NCBI GenBank assembly: GCA_963815715.1
Contig: CAWFHU010000015.1
Coordinates: forward strand, 111,933 to 175,932
Length of the DNA: 64,000 bases
Source: an uncultured Chloroflexia bacterium
Lineage (GTDB): Bacteria; Chloroflexota; Chloroflexia; Thermomicrobiales; Thermomicrobiaceae
Direction: 5' to 3'
The notes beneath the pieces were generated by a model. That model made no database searches. It saw only the letters and a list, made by a program, of their open reading frames with translations, and was not told where the DNA came from. Position 1 is the stretch's first letter. Each line of letters begins with the position of its first letter. This document shows, one piece after another, positions 28,235 to 37,720 of the stretch. The position numbers and the translations under genes were made by a program.

Positions 28235-29402
28235 TCAGCTTCGAACTTTGCTCATGCGGGTGACTGCCTCGGTCAGGATCGCGGGTGACGTTGCCAGGTT
28301 CAGTCGAACATGACCCGCTCCGCCGTCCCCGAAGGTCGGACCAGAATTGAGCGCCACACGGCTCTTCTCCAGGAAGACGGCCGCTGGATCATCCCCCAGC
28401 CCAAGCGCACTGCAGTCAACCCAGGCCAGATAGGTGCTCTCCGGCATGATGTACTTCGTGTCCGGCAGGTGGGCTTCGAGCAGGTCCCCCAGCAAGCGCC
28501 GGTTCTCGTCTATGCCCGAAATGGCTGCATCCAGCCAGTCGCGGGCCTCGTTAAGGGCGGTTGTGTGGGCGATGATATCGATATGACCGGCATGGCCGGC
28601 ACCACGGAAGCTTGGAACATCGAGATCCTTCGCGCCTTCAGTGCCGGGTATGACCAGAGCCGCCTTGAAACCGGCCAGGTTCCAGCCTTTGGACGACGAT
28701 GCGACAGCGAAATCAAGCGCGGAGTCGGCCACGCTCAGGAACGGCACATATGTCGAAGTCGGCATGATCAACGGGCGAGTGAATCTCGTCGGAGATGACG
28801 CGCGCGCCATATTGCCGCGCCAGCCGGGTAACGGTCTCCAGTTCCTCTCGGCTGTGGACGGTTCCAGTTGGGTTGTGCGGATTCGACAGCAACAGGACGG
28901 CATTGCCTCCGTCTTTGGTCGCTTCACGGAATGCGGATTCCAGGGTGGCCGGATCGAGACGTCCTTCGGCGGTGAGATGCGCGGGCACGATCGGCAGGCT
29001 GAGTGTCTTGGCCACACCATAGAATGGCGGATAAACCGGCGGCGTCAGCACGATCGATGTGGAGTCGGTACTGATGGCGCGCACGATCTCACGGATGCCG
29101 GACATGACGTCCGGCATTGAGACGGCTGCTGCTGGATCGAACGACCAACCCCAGCGATCTGAGGCGAAGGACGCAAACGCTTCGGGATACTGGTGCCCCA
29201 TCGGGTAGCCAGTGTCTCCGAGATCCAGCGCTTCCTTGACCGCCGCCTTGATCGGATCGGCGATGATTGCATCCATCTCCGCCACCCACAATGGCAGGAC
29301 GTCTTCGGGAAAGTAGCGCCACTTGGCGCTGGTTCGGCGCCTCAAATGGTCCAGGCTGAGATCCGCGAACGGGTTGGCCACGGATGCGCGACGTGCGCTC
29401 AT
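28235..29402 (-). pseudogene. PLP-dependent aminotransferase / cystathionine beta-lyase (MalY/PatB family), frameshifted in the GGG run 28773-28775
   Basis: ORF 28713..29507 (..KWRYFPEDVLPLWVAEMD.., LSNPHNPTG, VISDEIHSP) and ORF 28235..29020 (..LIMPTSTYVPFLSV.., SSSKGWNLAGFK) join when one base is skipped. Start ATG 29402 with a GAGGAG RBS. Confidence 0.8.
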
Positions 29403-29661
29403 CAATTGCTCCTCACTCCTACTACAACATCGGCGTTCGGTCCCGAGCGCCGGAGTCAACAATGTCATTAGTTTCGCCTGTGAACCGCTTTGAGTCCAGA
29501 GGGGCACGTTCTGACTGTCACAGCAGTGGGTCGAAAGATAGCCTCGTATGGGGCAATTGATATGGGAAAACCGAAAACGGCCGCGGCAATCAGCTCTTGA
29601 CGAACGCGCAAGATTAGAGCAATTTGCGGAAGGAACGCTCAGAGTAGCGTCAACTGGGCGT

Positions 29662-29877
29662 CATAATGGTGATTGACGAAATGAACCGGTACTCAGCCCA
29701 CGTTCACCCGGAACTAAAGATCCCGGGCTACAAAGACGAAGTCCGACCCACTTCGTGGGTGCCCCGGGGACTGAACGTACGCGCTCAAACGTAGGGGAGG
29801 GACCTGTGCCCTCCCTTCGGCCGAAGGTCGAGGGACTGAAACCACATTGCCCCTCTGTGTCATCAATGACCATAATG
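29662..29877. repeat. MITE-like structured insertion flanked by 7-bp direct repeats
   Basis: CATAATG at 29662-29668 and 29871-29877 flanks a 202-bp core. The core ends are imperfect inverted repeats: GTGATTGACGAA versus the reverse complement of GTCATCAATGAC, 9/12. The interior is full of hairpins (GGGAGGG-N7-CCCTCCC, CTTCGGCCGAAG, CCCAC-TTC-GTGGG). Confidence 0.5.
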
Positions 29878-30028
29878 TCGCCCTTCAGACGACGACCGAG
29901 GACACGTGGTCCCGCGCCTTCCGCTCGCAGGCAACCGCTCTGAAAAATGCAGTAGATGCGCCTCAACCGCTGTTCTCACACAATGGGAGAATCTTGTGGC
30001 TGGGTGGCTACCGGCAATATGGGGAGCG

Positions 30029-30421
30029 TCAGTGCCCCAGCAGTTTGACCGACTCTGCGCGGGGATGCCAACTGAGATCGCTGCTTCCAAAGCGAGCCAA
30101 CAGCTCGCGTGCTCTTCGACAGAGCGGCTGAAGATCAGGATGCTTGACCTTCCAGCGTCCGTTGACCTGTTCCACCACCAGCTTGCTGTCGGTCTTCACG
30201 ACGATCGACTGACTCATGGGGCTCGATTGCGTTGATTCCGCATGAGACAGGGCGGCCTCGATGCCCGCAATAAACGTGCGGTACTCAGCCTGGTTGTTGG
30301 TGACTTTGTCGCCGAAATCAAGTCGTTGCAGCAACTCAAAGCCGTTGCTGCCTGTCAGAAGAAAGCTTCCGTAGCCCTTGCCAGGGTTTCCGAGTGAACC
30401 CCCGTCGAACACGAGCTTCAT
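30029..30421 (-). CDS. ribonuclease H family protein (RNase HI-like)
   Basis: 130 aa from ATG 30421. FDGGSLGNPGKGYG, TNNQAEYRTFIAG, KTDSKLVV match the first three RNase H acidic-residue contexts. The C-terminal motif is atypical. Confidence 0.65.
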   Translation of the reverse strand: MKLVFDGGSLGNPGKGYGSFLLTGSNGFELLQRLDFGDKVTNNQAEYRTFIAGIEAALSHAESTQSSPMSQSIVVKTDSKLVVEQVNGRWKVKHPDLQPLCRRARELLARFGSSDLSWHPRAESVKLLGH

Positions 30422-30544
30422 GTCGAATCGTTTGTGCAAGCTGGTCAATCTTTCTACCAATCATTGTCTCGCATCTGAAGGTCGGTGCACGAAAAGACCG
30501 GGCGCGACTGTCCACGCCCGGTCGAACGATCGTGTCACGCCGGA

Positions 30545-32632
30545 TCAAACGCTGGCCTGAGCCTCCGCCTTGGCCTTCGCACTGGCCACGATGGTGTCGG
30601 TCAGATGGGCCGGCACCGGCTGGTAGTGGCTGAAGCTGGTTGTGAATGAGCCACGGCCCTGCGTGATCGAACGCAGATCTGTGGCGTAACGCTGGATCTC
30701 CGCCGCAGGCGCAATGGCTTCAATTGTGGTCATGCCGTTTTCACCGGGGACCATTCCCTGCACGTGTGCACGCTTGCCGTTCAGATCACTCATGACGTCG
30801 CCCATGTACGCCTCAGGCACCGTCACTTTCAAATGCATGATCGGCTCGAGAATGATCGGCTTGGCCGCCATGGCGCCCTTCTTGAAGGCCTGCGATGCCG
30901 CGATCTTGAACGCCATTTCGGAGGAGTCGACGTTGTGATAGGAGCCGTCGGTCAGCGTGACTCGCAATTTGGACACAGGGAATCCAGCCAGGATGCCTTC
31001 ATCGAGCGCTTCACGCACGCCTTTTTCGACGGCTGGAATATAGCCTTTGGGCACCACGCCGCCAACCACCCTGTCGGTAAATTCGAAGTCACCTTCGTCA
31101 AGCGGCTCGAGGTCCAGGAAGACGTGTCCGTACTGACCGTGACCGCCGGTCTGCTTCTTGTGCTTGTACTCGACACCTTTGACCGGCAACGAGATGGTCT
31201 CGCGATAGGCCACGGTCGGCAGGTCGGTTTCGACGTTCACACCGAACTTGCGTGCCATACGCTCGAGACCGATCTGAACGTGCGATTCGCCCAGACCCGA
31301 AACGAGCGTCTCGTTCGTCTCTTCGTCACGACGGATATGCAGGGTCGGATCTTCTTCGAGCAGACGCTGGATGGCACTCCCCATCTTGTCGAGGTCGCTC
31401 TTGGTTTTTGGATGGACGGCAGCTGAGAACGCTGGCAGTGGGAAGTCGATTCCATCGAGCGTCAGAGCGCTACCCGGATCGCAGAGGGTATCTCCGGTTG
31501 CGACGGTCTGCAGCTTCGCGACCGCGCCAATGTCGCCGGCCGGGATTTCCCCAACTGCGATCTGTTCCTTGCCGCGCACGACGTAGAGTTGGCCAACACG
31601 CTCTTCATGGTGTTGCTGGGTGTCGAAGACGTGGCTGTCCGACTTCATAGAGCCAGAGAAGACGCGGAAGTAGGAGAGCTTGCCGACATATGGGTCCGCC
31701 ACGGTTTTGAAGACGAGCGCGGCGAGCGGACCATTTGCCTTAGGCTCGAGCGCGACCTCTTTGCCGGAAGCGTCCTTGGCGGTCGTGCCAGTCGGGCTTG
31801 GGAAGTAGGCGACCATGGCATCGAGTAGCTGGGTTATGCCACGGCACAAGGTGGCCGAGCCCGCGAAGACCGGAACCAGCTGTCCGCTGGCCATCGCGAC
31901 CCTCAGACCATGCTGGAGTTCATCGATGCCGATCTCTTCATCTTCGAGGTAACGCAGCATGAGGTCTTCGTCGCTCTCGCAGATCGACTCGACCAGCTGA
32001 GTTCGCAGTTCTTCCACCGTGTCCGCAATTTCGGCCGGGATGTCCGACTCGGAGGTCGCGCCATCTTTCCCATCGCCGAAGAGATATGCCTTGCGCGCCA
32101 GCACGTCGACGATGCCGATGAAATTCTTCTCGGCACCGATCGGCACGAACATCGGAACGACGGACGATCCAAACGTGTCACGCATGGCGCTGAAGGTGGA
32201 ATTGAAGTTGGCGTTCTCGCGGTCCATCTTGTTGATGAACAGCGCTCGAACGCGACCAACCTCGTCGGCCGCCTTCCAGGCTTGCTCGGTTCCGACTTCG
32301 ACCCCTGCCGACGCGTCCAGCAGGATCAAGGCGACGTCGCAGGTGCGCATGGCGCCTTTTACCTCGCCGAGGAAGTCGGCGTAGCCAGGAGCGTCGATCA
32401 CGTTGATCTTGGTCTCGTTCCATTCGACGGGTGCGACGCTTGCGCTGATCGAGATGCCGCGTTTGATCTCGTCGGGATCCCAGTCCGAGACCGTGTTGCC
32501 GTCCTCGATCCGACCGAGGCGGTTCACAGCGTGGCTCAAGTAGAGAAGAGCTTCGGTCAAAGACGTCTTGCCCGCGCTGCCGTGGGAAAACAGCCCAACG
32601 TTTCTGAGGTTGTCGACCGGGAAAGTGTTCAC
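30545..32632 (-). CDS. elongation factor G paralog (EF-G2-like GTPase)
   Basis: 695 aa. Has G domain, domains II-V; G1 SHGSAGKTS, DAPGYADF, NKMD. Stand-alone, not in an rpsL-rpsG-fusA-tuf context. Confidence 0.85.
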   Translation of the reverse strand: MNTFPVDNLRNVGLFSHGSAGKTSLTEALLYLSHAVNRLGRIEDGNTVSDWDPDEIKRGISISASVAPVEWNETKINVIDAPGYADFLGEVKGAMRTCDVALILLDASAGVEVGTEQAWKAADEVGRVRALFINKMDRENANFNSTFSAMRDTFGSSVVPMFVPIGAEKNFIGIVDVLARKAYLFGDGKDGATSESDIPAEIADTVEELRTQLVESICESDEDLMLRYLEDEEIGIDELQHGLRVAMASGQLVPVFAGSATLCRGITQLLDAMVAYFPSPTGTTAKDASGKEVALEPKANGPLAALVFKTVADPYVGKLSYFRVFSGSMKSDSHVFDTQQHHEERVGQLYVVRGKEQIAVGEIPAGDIGAVAKLQTVATGDTLCDPGSALTLDGIDFPLPAFSAAVHPKTKSDLDKMGSAIQRLLEEDPTLHIRRDEETNETLVSGLGESHVQIGLERMARKFGVNVETDLPTVAYRETISLPVKGVEYKHKKQTGGHGQYGHVFLDLEPLDEGDFEFTDRVVGGVVPKGYIPAVEKGVREALDEGILAGFPVSKLRVTLTDGSYHNVDSSEMAFKIAASQAFKKGAMAAKPIILEPIMHLKVTVPEAYMGDVMSDLNGKRAHVQGMVPGENGMTTIEAIAPAAEIQRYATDLRSITQGRGSFTTSFSHYQPVPAHLTDTIVASAKAKAEAQASV

Positions 32633-32846
32633 CGCTCTCCTCCACCTACCAAGATGAGCGATAGAGCAAGAGTCCAGCCCCGCGAGAGGGGCCGGCTAGC
32701 GATCGTCTATCACTCCACTGATCCAATCTATGGCCCTGTCTGAGGCGCCAAGGGAAACTTATTGGTGTTCTCGTATTATAGTCCCGTGATTAAGGTCGAC
32801 AAGTGATGGGCGGCTTCGGGCCGTGTCCAACTTGTGCGGAAGGGAT

Positions 32847-33962
32847 ATGGGATTGTCCAGAAACGACGAGAACGAGACCGAACGGCTGAAGCAGCTCCTC
32901 GGCGAGCTTGCCGCGATCGACGGCGTGGCAGGGCATGAGCAGGCGGTTGTGGCTCGATTGAAAGAGTTGTTCGAACCGCTCGCTGATGAATTTCAGATCG
33001 ACAGTTACGGCAACCTCTTCGCGACACTCAACGGGCCGTCGGGGAGCCCGACGCTGATGATTTCAGCCCATTCAGACGAGATCGGCGCGATCGTCAAGTC
33101 GATTGAGCCCAACGGCATGATCCGCTTCGAGCGGCTCGGAGGCATCGTCGAGACGTTGACGATCGGGCGCCACATTCGTATTCGGGGCCACCGGGGCGTC
33201 GTCGGCGTCAAGGCCGGACATATCCAGACGCCGGAGGAGCGCGGGCGGGCGCCGGGCATGCGCGAGCTCTACATCGACATGGGATTCGAAACGGCGGATG
33301 AGGTCCGCACGCTCGGCATCAGAGTCGGCGATGCCATCGCCTACGATGAGCCGATGGTCGAGCTCGCCAACAGCGATCGCGTGGCGGGAAAAGCGCTCGA
33401 CAACCGAGTCGGCTGCGCCATTCTGGTGCATCTCGCGGAGCGACTTCGTAACGCCACGCTCGGGTGCACCGTTCATCTGGTCGTGACGGTGCAGGAGGAG
33501 GTTGGTCTGCGCGGCGCACAGATGGCGACCCATCGGCTCAACCCGACGGCAGCCATCGTGGTCGACACGGTGCCATCGGGCGGCACTCCTGACGTCGACT
33601 ACTACCGCGATCTGAGCATGCGCATTGGCGCCGGTCCGGTGATCCCGGTTTCGAGCGGCGGCGGCGGTCGCGGCTTCCTGGCCAATCCCGCCATGCGAGA
33701 TTTCCTGGTCGATTCAGCCGAGAAGGCAGGCGTCGAGATTCAGCAGGCCGTCTTTGTCGGCGGCAACTCGGACGCGGCGGCGGTGCATCTGGTGCGAGAC
33801 GGTATCCCAACTGGCGTGGTGAACATCGCTCGGCGCTATTCACACTCACCGGTCGAGATGCTCGACATTCGTGACGCGATGGGTGCGGTCGATCTGCTGG
33901 AAGCGGCGGCGACGTCGTTCAACGCGGACACCGATCTGGGTTTTCTCTCGTCTCGCTGGTGA
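32847..33962 (+). CDS. M42 family metallopeptidase (glutamyl aminopeptidase/FrvX-like)
   Basis: AHSDEIGAIV, ALDNRVGCA, TVQEEVGLRGA. ATG 32847 (GGAAGGGA RBS) is preferred over GTG 32823. Confidence 0.8.
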   Translation: MGLSRNDENETERLKQLLGELAAIDGVAGHEQAVVARLKELFEPLADEFQIDSYGNLFATLNGPSGSPTLMISAHSDEIGAIVKSIEPNGMIRFERLGGIVETLTIGRHIRIRGHRGVVGVKAGHIQTPEERGRAPGMRELYIDMGFETADEVRTLGIRVGDAIAYDEPMVELANSDRVAGKALDNRVGCAILVHLAERLRNATLGCTVHLVVTVQEEVGLRGAQMATHRLNPTAAIVVDTVPSGGTPDVDYYRDLSMRIGAGPVIPVSSGGGGRGFLANPAMRDFLVDSAEKAGVEIQQAVFVGGNSDAAAVHLVRDGIPTGVVNIARRYSHSPVEMLDIRDAMGAVDLLEAAATSFNADTDLGFLSSRW

Positions 33963-33974
33963 TTTCTGGCCAGG

Positions 33975-34757
33975 TCAGCCGCTCAAAGTCGAGCGGCTGA
34001 CCCGCTCGAAGATGATGCGAAGGCCCACCAGCGTCAAATCGGGCTCGTAGACGTCGATCGCGTCGGTGTGCGGCGCGATCACGCCACCCAGCCCGCCAGT
34101 GGCGATGACGAACGGGCGCGCGCCGAGTTCCGCGGTGATGCGCGTCAGCAGTCCCTCGATCAATCCGATATAGCCGAGCACCGTGCCCGACTGCACGCTT
34201 TCAAACGTAGTTTTGCCGATGGCGTGAGTGGGCACGGCCAGCTCGACGGACGAGAGGCGAGCGGCGCGACTGGTGAGCGCCTCGAGTGCCAGCGTGAGAC
34301 CGGGTGCGATGGCGCCGCCGATATAGTCTCCGTCTGCTGACACGACGTCGAAATTGGTGCCGGTGCCGAAATCGACGACGACCGCCGGTCCGCCGTGACG
34401 AGCGAAGGCCGCCACTGTGTTGGCCAGACGGTCCGCCCCCACTTCGGTGGGATTGTCGATTCGGATCTTGATTCCAAACTCAATCGTCGAGCTTAGGATG
34501 ATTGGATCGCGGTTCAGCCGAGCGCTCAGCATATCGGTGAACTCCGGAGTCAGGCGCGGCACGACGCTCGAGAGAATTGCGCCGTCGAGTTGATGCAGAT
34601 CGACCGCGTCGCTGGCCGCCAGCGTCGAGAAGATGGACCACCACTCGTCGGCCATGCGCGCGCGTTCGGTCGCCAATCGCCAGGAAGTGACGAGCGTCTC
34701 GCCGTCGAAGATGCCAACAACGACGTTGGTGTTGCCGATGTCGATGGTCAGGAGCAT
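33975..34757 (-). CDS. coaX: type III pantothenate kinase
   Basis: 260 aa. MLLTIDIGNTNVVVGIF and VVDFGTGTNFDVV. Confidence 0.9.
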   Translation of the reverse strand: MLLTIDIGNTNVVVGIFDGETLVTSWRLATERARMADEWWSIFSTLAASDAVDLHQLDGAILSSVVPRLTPEFTDMLSARLNRDPIILSSTIEFGIKIRIDNPTEVGADRLANTVAAFARHGGPAVVVDFGTGTNFDVVSADGDYIGGAIAPGLTLALEALTSRAARLSSVELAVPTHAIGKTTFESVQSGTVLGYIGLIEGLLTRITAELGARPFVIATGGLGGVIAPHTDAIDVYEPDLTLVGLRIIFERVSRSTLSG

Positions 34758-34851
34758 CTGTGTCCCCCAATCGCGCCGGGTTGCCAGCCGATTCCGCGTT
34801 GATTGATTGGCGCCGAGCCGCTCTCAGGCAGCATACGCTGCTGTTTCGCGG

Positions 34852-35983
34852 CTACATGTTGAGCGCGAACGAGATTTCTTCACGAACGGACGGATCAATC
34901 TCACGAGCAATGCGACTCGCCAGAAATGGGCGTGCGGACGACGCGTTGATCCGAGCCATTGCCCAGGCGGCGTGTCCTCGAACGAGTGGTTGATCATGAT
35001 CGCAAACTGCTCGCTCCAAGACGGCGAGGTCGTCTGTTGACCCGGATGTTACCGAGCGCTACGGCCGCGTTGCGCGCGAGACCGGCACGCTTGGCACGCA
35101 GCACCGCCGTGCCGCGATACGTCTCCCGGAACTCATCTTCCGACATGGTGAGCAGCCAACGAAGGGACGGGAACGCGTTCTTTGTGCTGTGCGGACGAAA
35201 CGCATCATCGTCGTCGATCGAGGCAGCGTTCGTGTACGGGCAGACTTCCTGGCACTCGTCGCAGCCGAAGACCCAATCTCCCATGAGTGGCCGCAAATCG
35301 CGCGGGATTGTGTCGCGCAGTTCGATGGTGAGAAACGAGATACAGCGTGGCGTTTCAACGACGTAGCCAGGCTTGATCGCGCCCGGTTGGGCAGCGGTCG
35401 ATGCACATGCGGCAGCGTCCGCATTTTGAGCGAAGCGGCTGATCCGGTTCGATCTCGACGTCAACGAGCAGGTCTCCGAGCATGACCCACGATCCGTGAC
35501 CGCGGACCAGGATCATGGTGTTCTTGCCATACCAGCCAAGCCCGGATCGCGCCGCAACGGCACGATCGACGATGCGCGCGGTGTCAACCAGAAAGCGTGA
35601 CTCGATCGATCGGCCCAGTTCGCGTTCGAGCGCGTCGTGCAGGGCTTTCATTCGCGATTTGAGCGTGCGGTGATAATCGTGTCCCCAGGCGTAGCGTGCG
35701 ATGCGACCACGCGGCTCGTCGGTGGGACGATCGATCGAGGCAAGCCGGTAGGGAACGCCTACAGAGATGATCGATCGCGCCGATTCCTGCAGGTTGCGTG
35801 GCGACGCGGAGAATCGAGCACGATCAGCGGTGAACCAATCGAGCCCATCCAGGTATCCCGCCTCGATGCGCGCCGTCAGCAGATCACCGAGCCCGTCAAA
35901 CTCGTTCGCGGTCGTGACGCCAACAGCGGGATGCCGCAATCGGCGGCGAGTTCTGTCAGCCGTTGACGATCGAGGAGCGTCAA
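34852..35983 (-). pseudogene. queG: epoxyqueuosine reductase, three frame disruptions (about 35929, 35381, 35044)
   Basis: Pieces lie in three frames. First piece: TTG 35983 MTLLDRQRLTELAADCGIP. Second piece: AVGVTTANEFDG...CGRCRMCIDRCPTG (in ORF 35355..36977). Third piece: AIKPGYVVETPRCISFLTIE..GCDECQEVCPYT (ORF 34994..35464). Fourth piece: GSTDDLAVLERAVCDHDQPLVRGHAAWAMARI...FALNM, stop 34852-34854. Confidence 0.8.
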
Positions 35984-36941
35984 GCGTTGCTCTTCGCGTT
36001 GGAGGACGTATGAAGCGACGAAATGCGTCGAGCTCGGCTCGCGTGGGGAGCGACGATCTGGCGCCCAGTTCTCGGATGCTTAGCCCACCCATGGCGTTGG
36101 CAAGCAGACCAATCTCACGTAGCGGACGGTGTTCCAGAATGCCGAGAGCCACGCCTGCCGCGAACGCGTCCCCAGCGCCGGTCGTGTCGACCACGTCGAC
36201 GTTGAATGCCGGAACGGTTTCGAGCGTTGTCTCGGTCGCCACGATGCATCCACGCGGTCCCATACTGATCGCGATCATACGGGTGTCGGCGTGGCTCATC
36301 AGCGACTGGAAGTGACGCACTGCTTCGTACGGATCGTCGTCACCCGTCACGTAACAGAGCTCACTCTGGTTGCCACACAGATAGTCGTGGCGCAATGCGA
36401 CGTCGAGCCCTTCCTGTGGCGTGACTTCAACGAGATAGGTGAGCGATCCAAGGATCAACGTTCGGGGCGACACGTGGATGGGCAGATCGACGATGAAGCG
36501 ACGCAAGCGCTGGTCGTCGACATCGAGGTACACGAGGTCATACGCCAAGAGTTCGTTGAGTGGCAACGCGTCGCCATGCTTGAGCCGAGCCCCTTGCAGC
36601 CAGTAGATCGTGCGATCGACGGTCTCCTCGCCTCCAGATACGACGATGATCGAGGAGTCGGAGGCTTCGCCCGATCGTTGCTTGACGTAACTGCAATCGC
36701 ATCCCGCGACTTCAAGGACGCTCCGCAGCGCTCGTCCGTTCTCATCGTCGCCGACCATGGCTGCAAGTGAGACTGGCACGCCAAGTTTCGCCAACGCATG
36801 CGCCGTGTTGGCGGTCGTGCCTCCCGACTGCTCGAGGGTTCGGCGCACGATGGCGTACGAGCCAGCGGACGGGTAGGAGTCGGTGACGACGAATCGATCC
36901 CAGGACGCAAGTCCAATCGCGGCGACTCGAGGAGATCTCAC
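35981..36941 (-). CDS. PfkB-family carbohydrate kinase (3' end uncertain; the frame runs on into queG)
   Basis: First ~320 codons of ORF 35355..36977. GGTTANTAHALAKLG and PfkB signature VVDTTGAGDAFAAG. GTG 36941 overlaps the upstream stop (GTGA). No in-frame stop as sequenced. A TGA at 35982-35980 in another frame overlaps the queG TTG. Confidence 0.7.
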
Positions 36942-37591
36942 TTGCCTGCGCTCTCGCGTTCCAGCACGACGCGACACGGGGCGCCATCCATCTCGCCCAG
37001 GCGTAGCGGCAGGCAGATGAGCCGATAGCCGCCCGGCTCTACCGCTCTGAGATCGAGGCCTTCCACGATGACGAGCTCAGCGCCGAGAAGCGTGAGGTGC
37101 GTCTCATCGTTTCCAGCAAACGGCTCTATGGAAAGATAATCGATCCCAACCAGGTCGACGGCGTGATCGACGAGCCAGTGCGCGCCAGAAGGATTGACGC
37201 CGATGAACTCGGTGTGAAACGAGTGTCTCGGCTTATCCCACAGAGCCGAATTCTTGGTTTTGAGCAACAGTCTCTTCGTTCCTGCAGGAATACCGGCCTG
37301 TTCCAAATCCGCTGCTTCGATGTCGCGGTCCAGCGAAGTGAAATCGCTGACCACACACGGTCCGATGAGACGGTCGAGGAGGATGGTGTGAAGCTTCTTT
37401 CCGGTATCGATGAAGTGCCAGGGAGCGTCGAGGTGCGTGCCGGTATGAGAGGTGTGCCGGAGGTTAGTAACGTTCGAGTGACCTCCCTCGGCGATGCGGG
37501 ATGCCGGTTCGGCGACGACTTCTCCATCCCCGGGCCAAACCGGCATTCCCGGGATCAACTGAACCGAAATGTCCAGAATTCGATTGCTCAT
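36938..37591 (-). CDS. cyclase family protein (arylformamidase-like)
   Basis: 217 aa from ATG 37591. The HTSHTGTHLDAPWHF metal-binding motif of the putative cyclase family. Confidence 0.7.
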   Translation of the reverse strand: MSNRILDISVQLIPGMPVWPGDGEVVAEPASRIAEGGHSNVTNLRHTSHTGTHLDAPWHFIDTGKKLHTILLDRLIGPCVVSDFTSLDRDIEAADLEQAGIPAGTKRLLLKTKNSALWDKPRHSFHTEFIGVNPSGAHWLVDHAVDLVGIDYLSIEPFAGNDETHLTLLGAELVIVEGLDLRAVEPGGYRLICLPLRLGEMDGAPCRVVLERESAGK

Positions 37592-37720
37592 CCGCGCTCC
37601 CGTCGTCAGTGAAACGTCGCCATTCATTTCCGAACGCTGATTGTACGGGCAATAATAAAATCCGGGCAGGAACAAGTCGCTCATGCCCGGATGATTTGCG
37701 TTTTTGACGGCGCCAACCGA

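Noticed and set aside
29661-29966. 101-aa ORF across the 29.7-kb intergenic region
   Set aside because: It runs through the hairpin-rich MITE-like element, has no RBS and has low-complexity Gly/Arg/Pro content, so it is unlikely to be coding.
35355-36977. Genuine PfkB-QueG fusion protein
   Set aside because: The QueG N-terminal helix is encoded in a different frame just upstream of the junction. QueG is broken twice more downstream, so the fusion is best explained by an indel.
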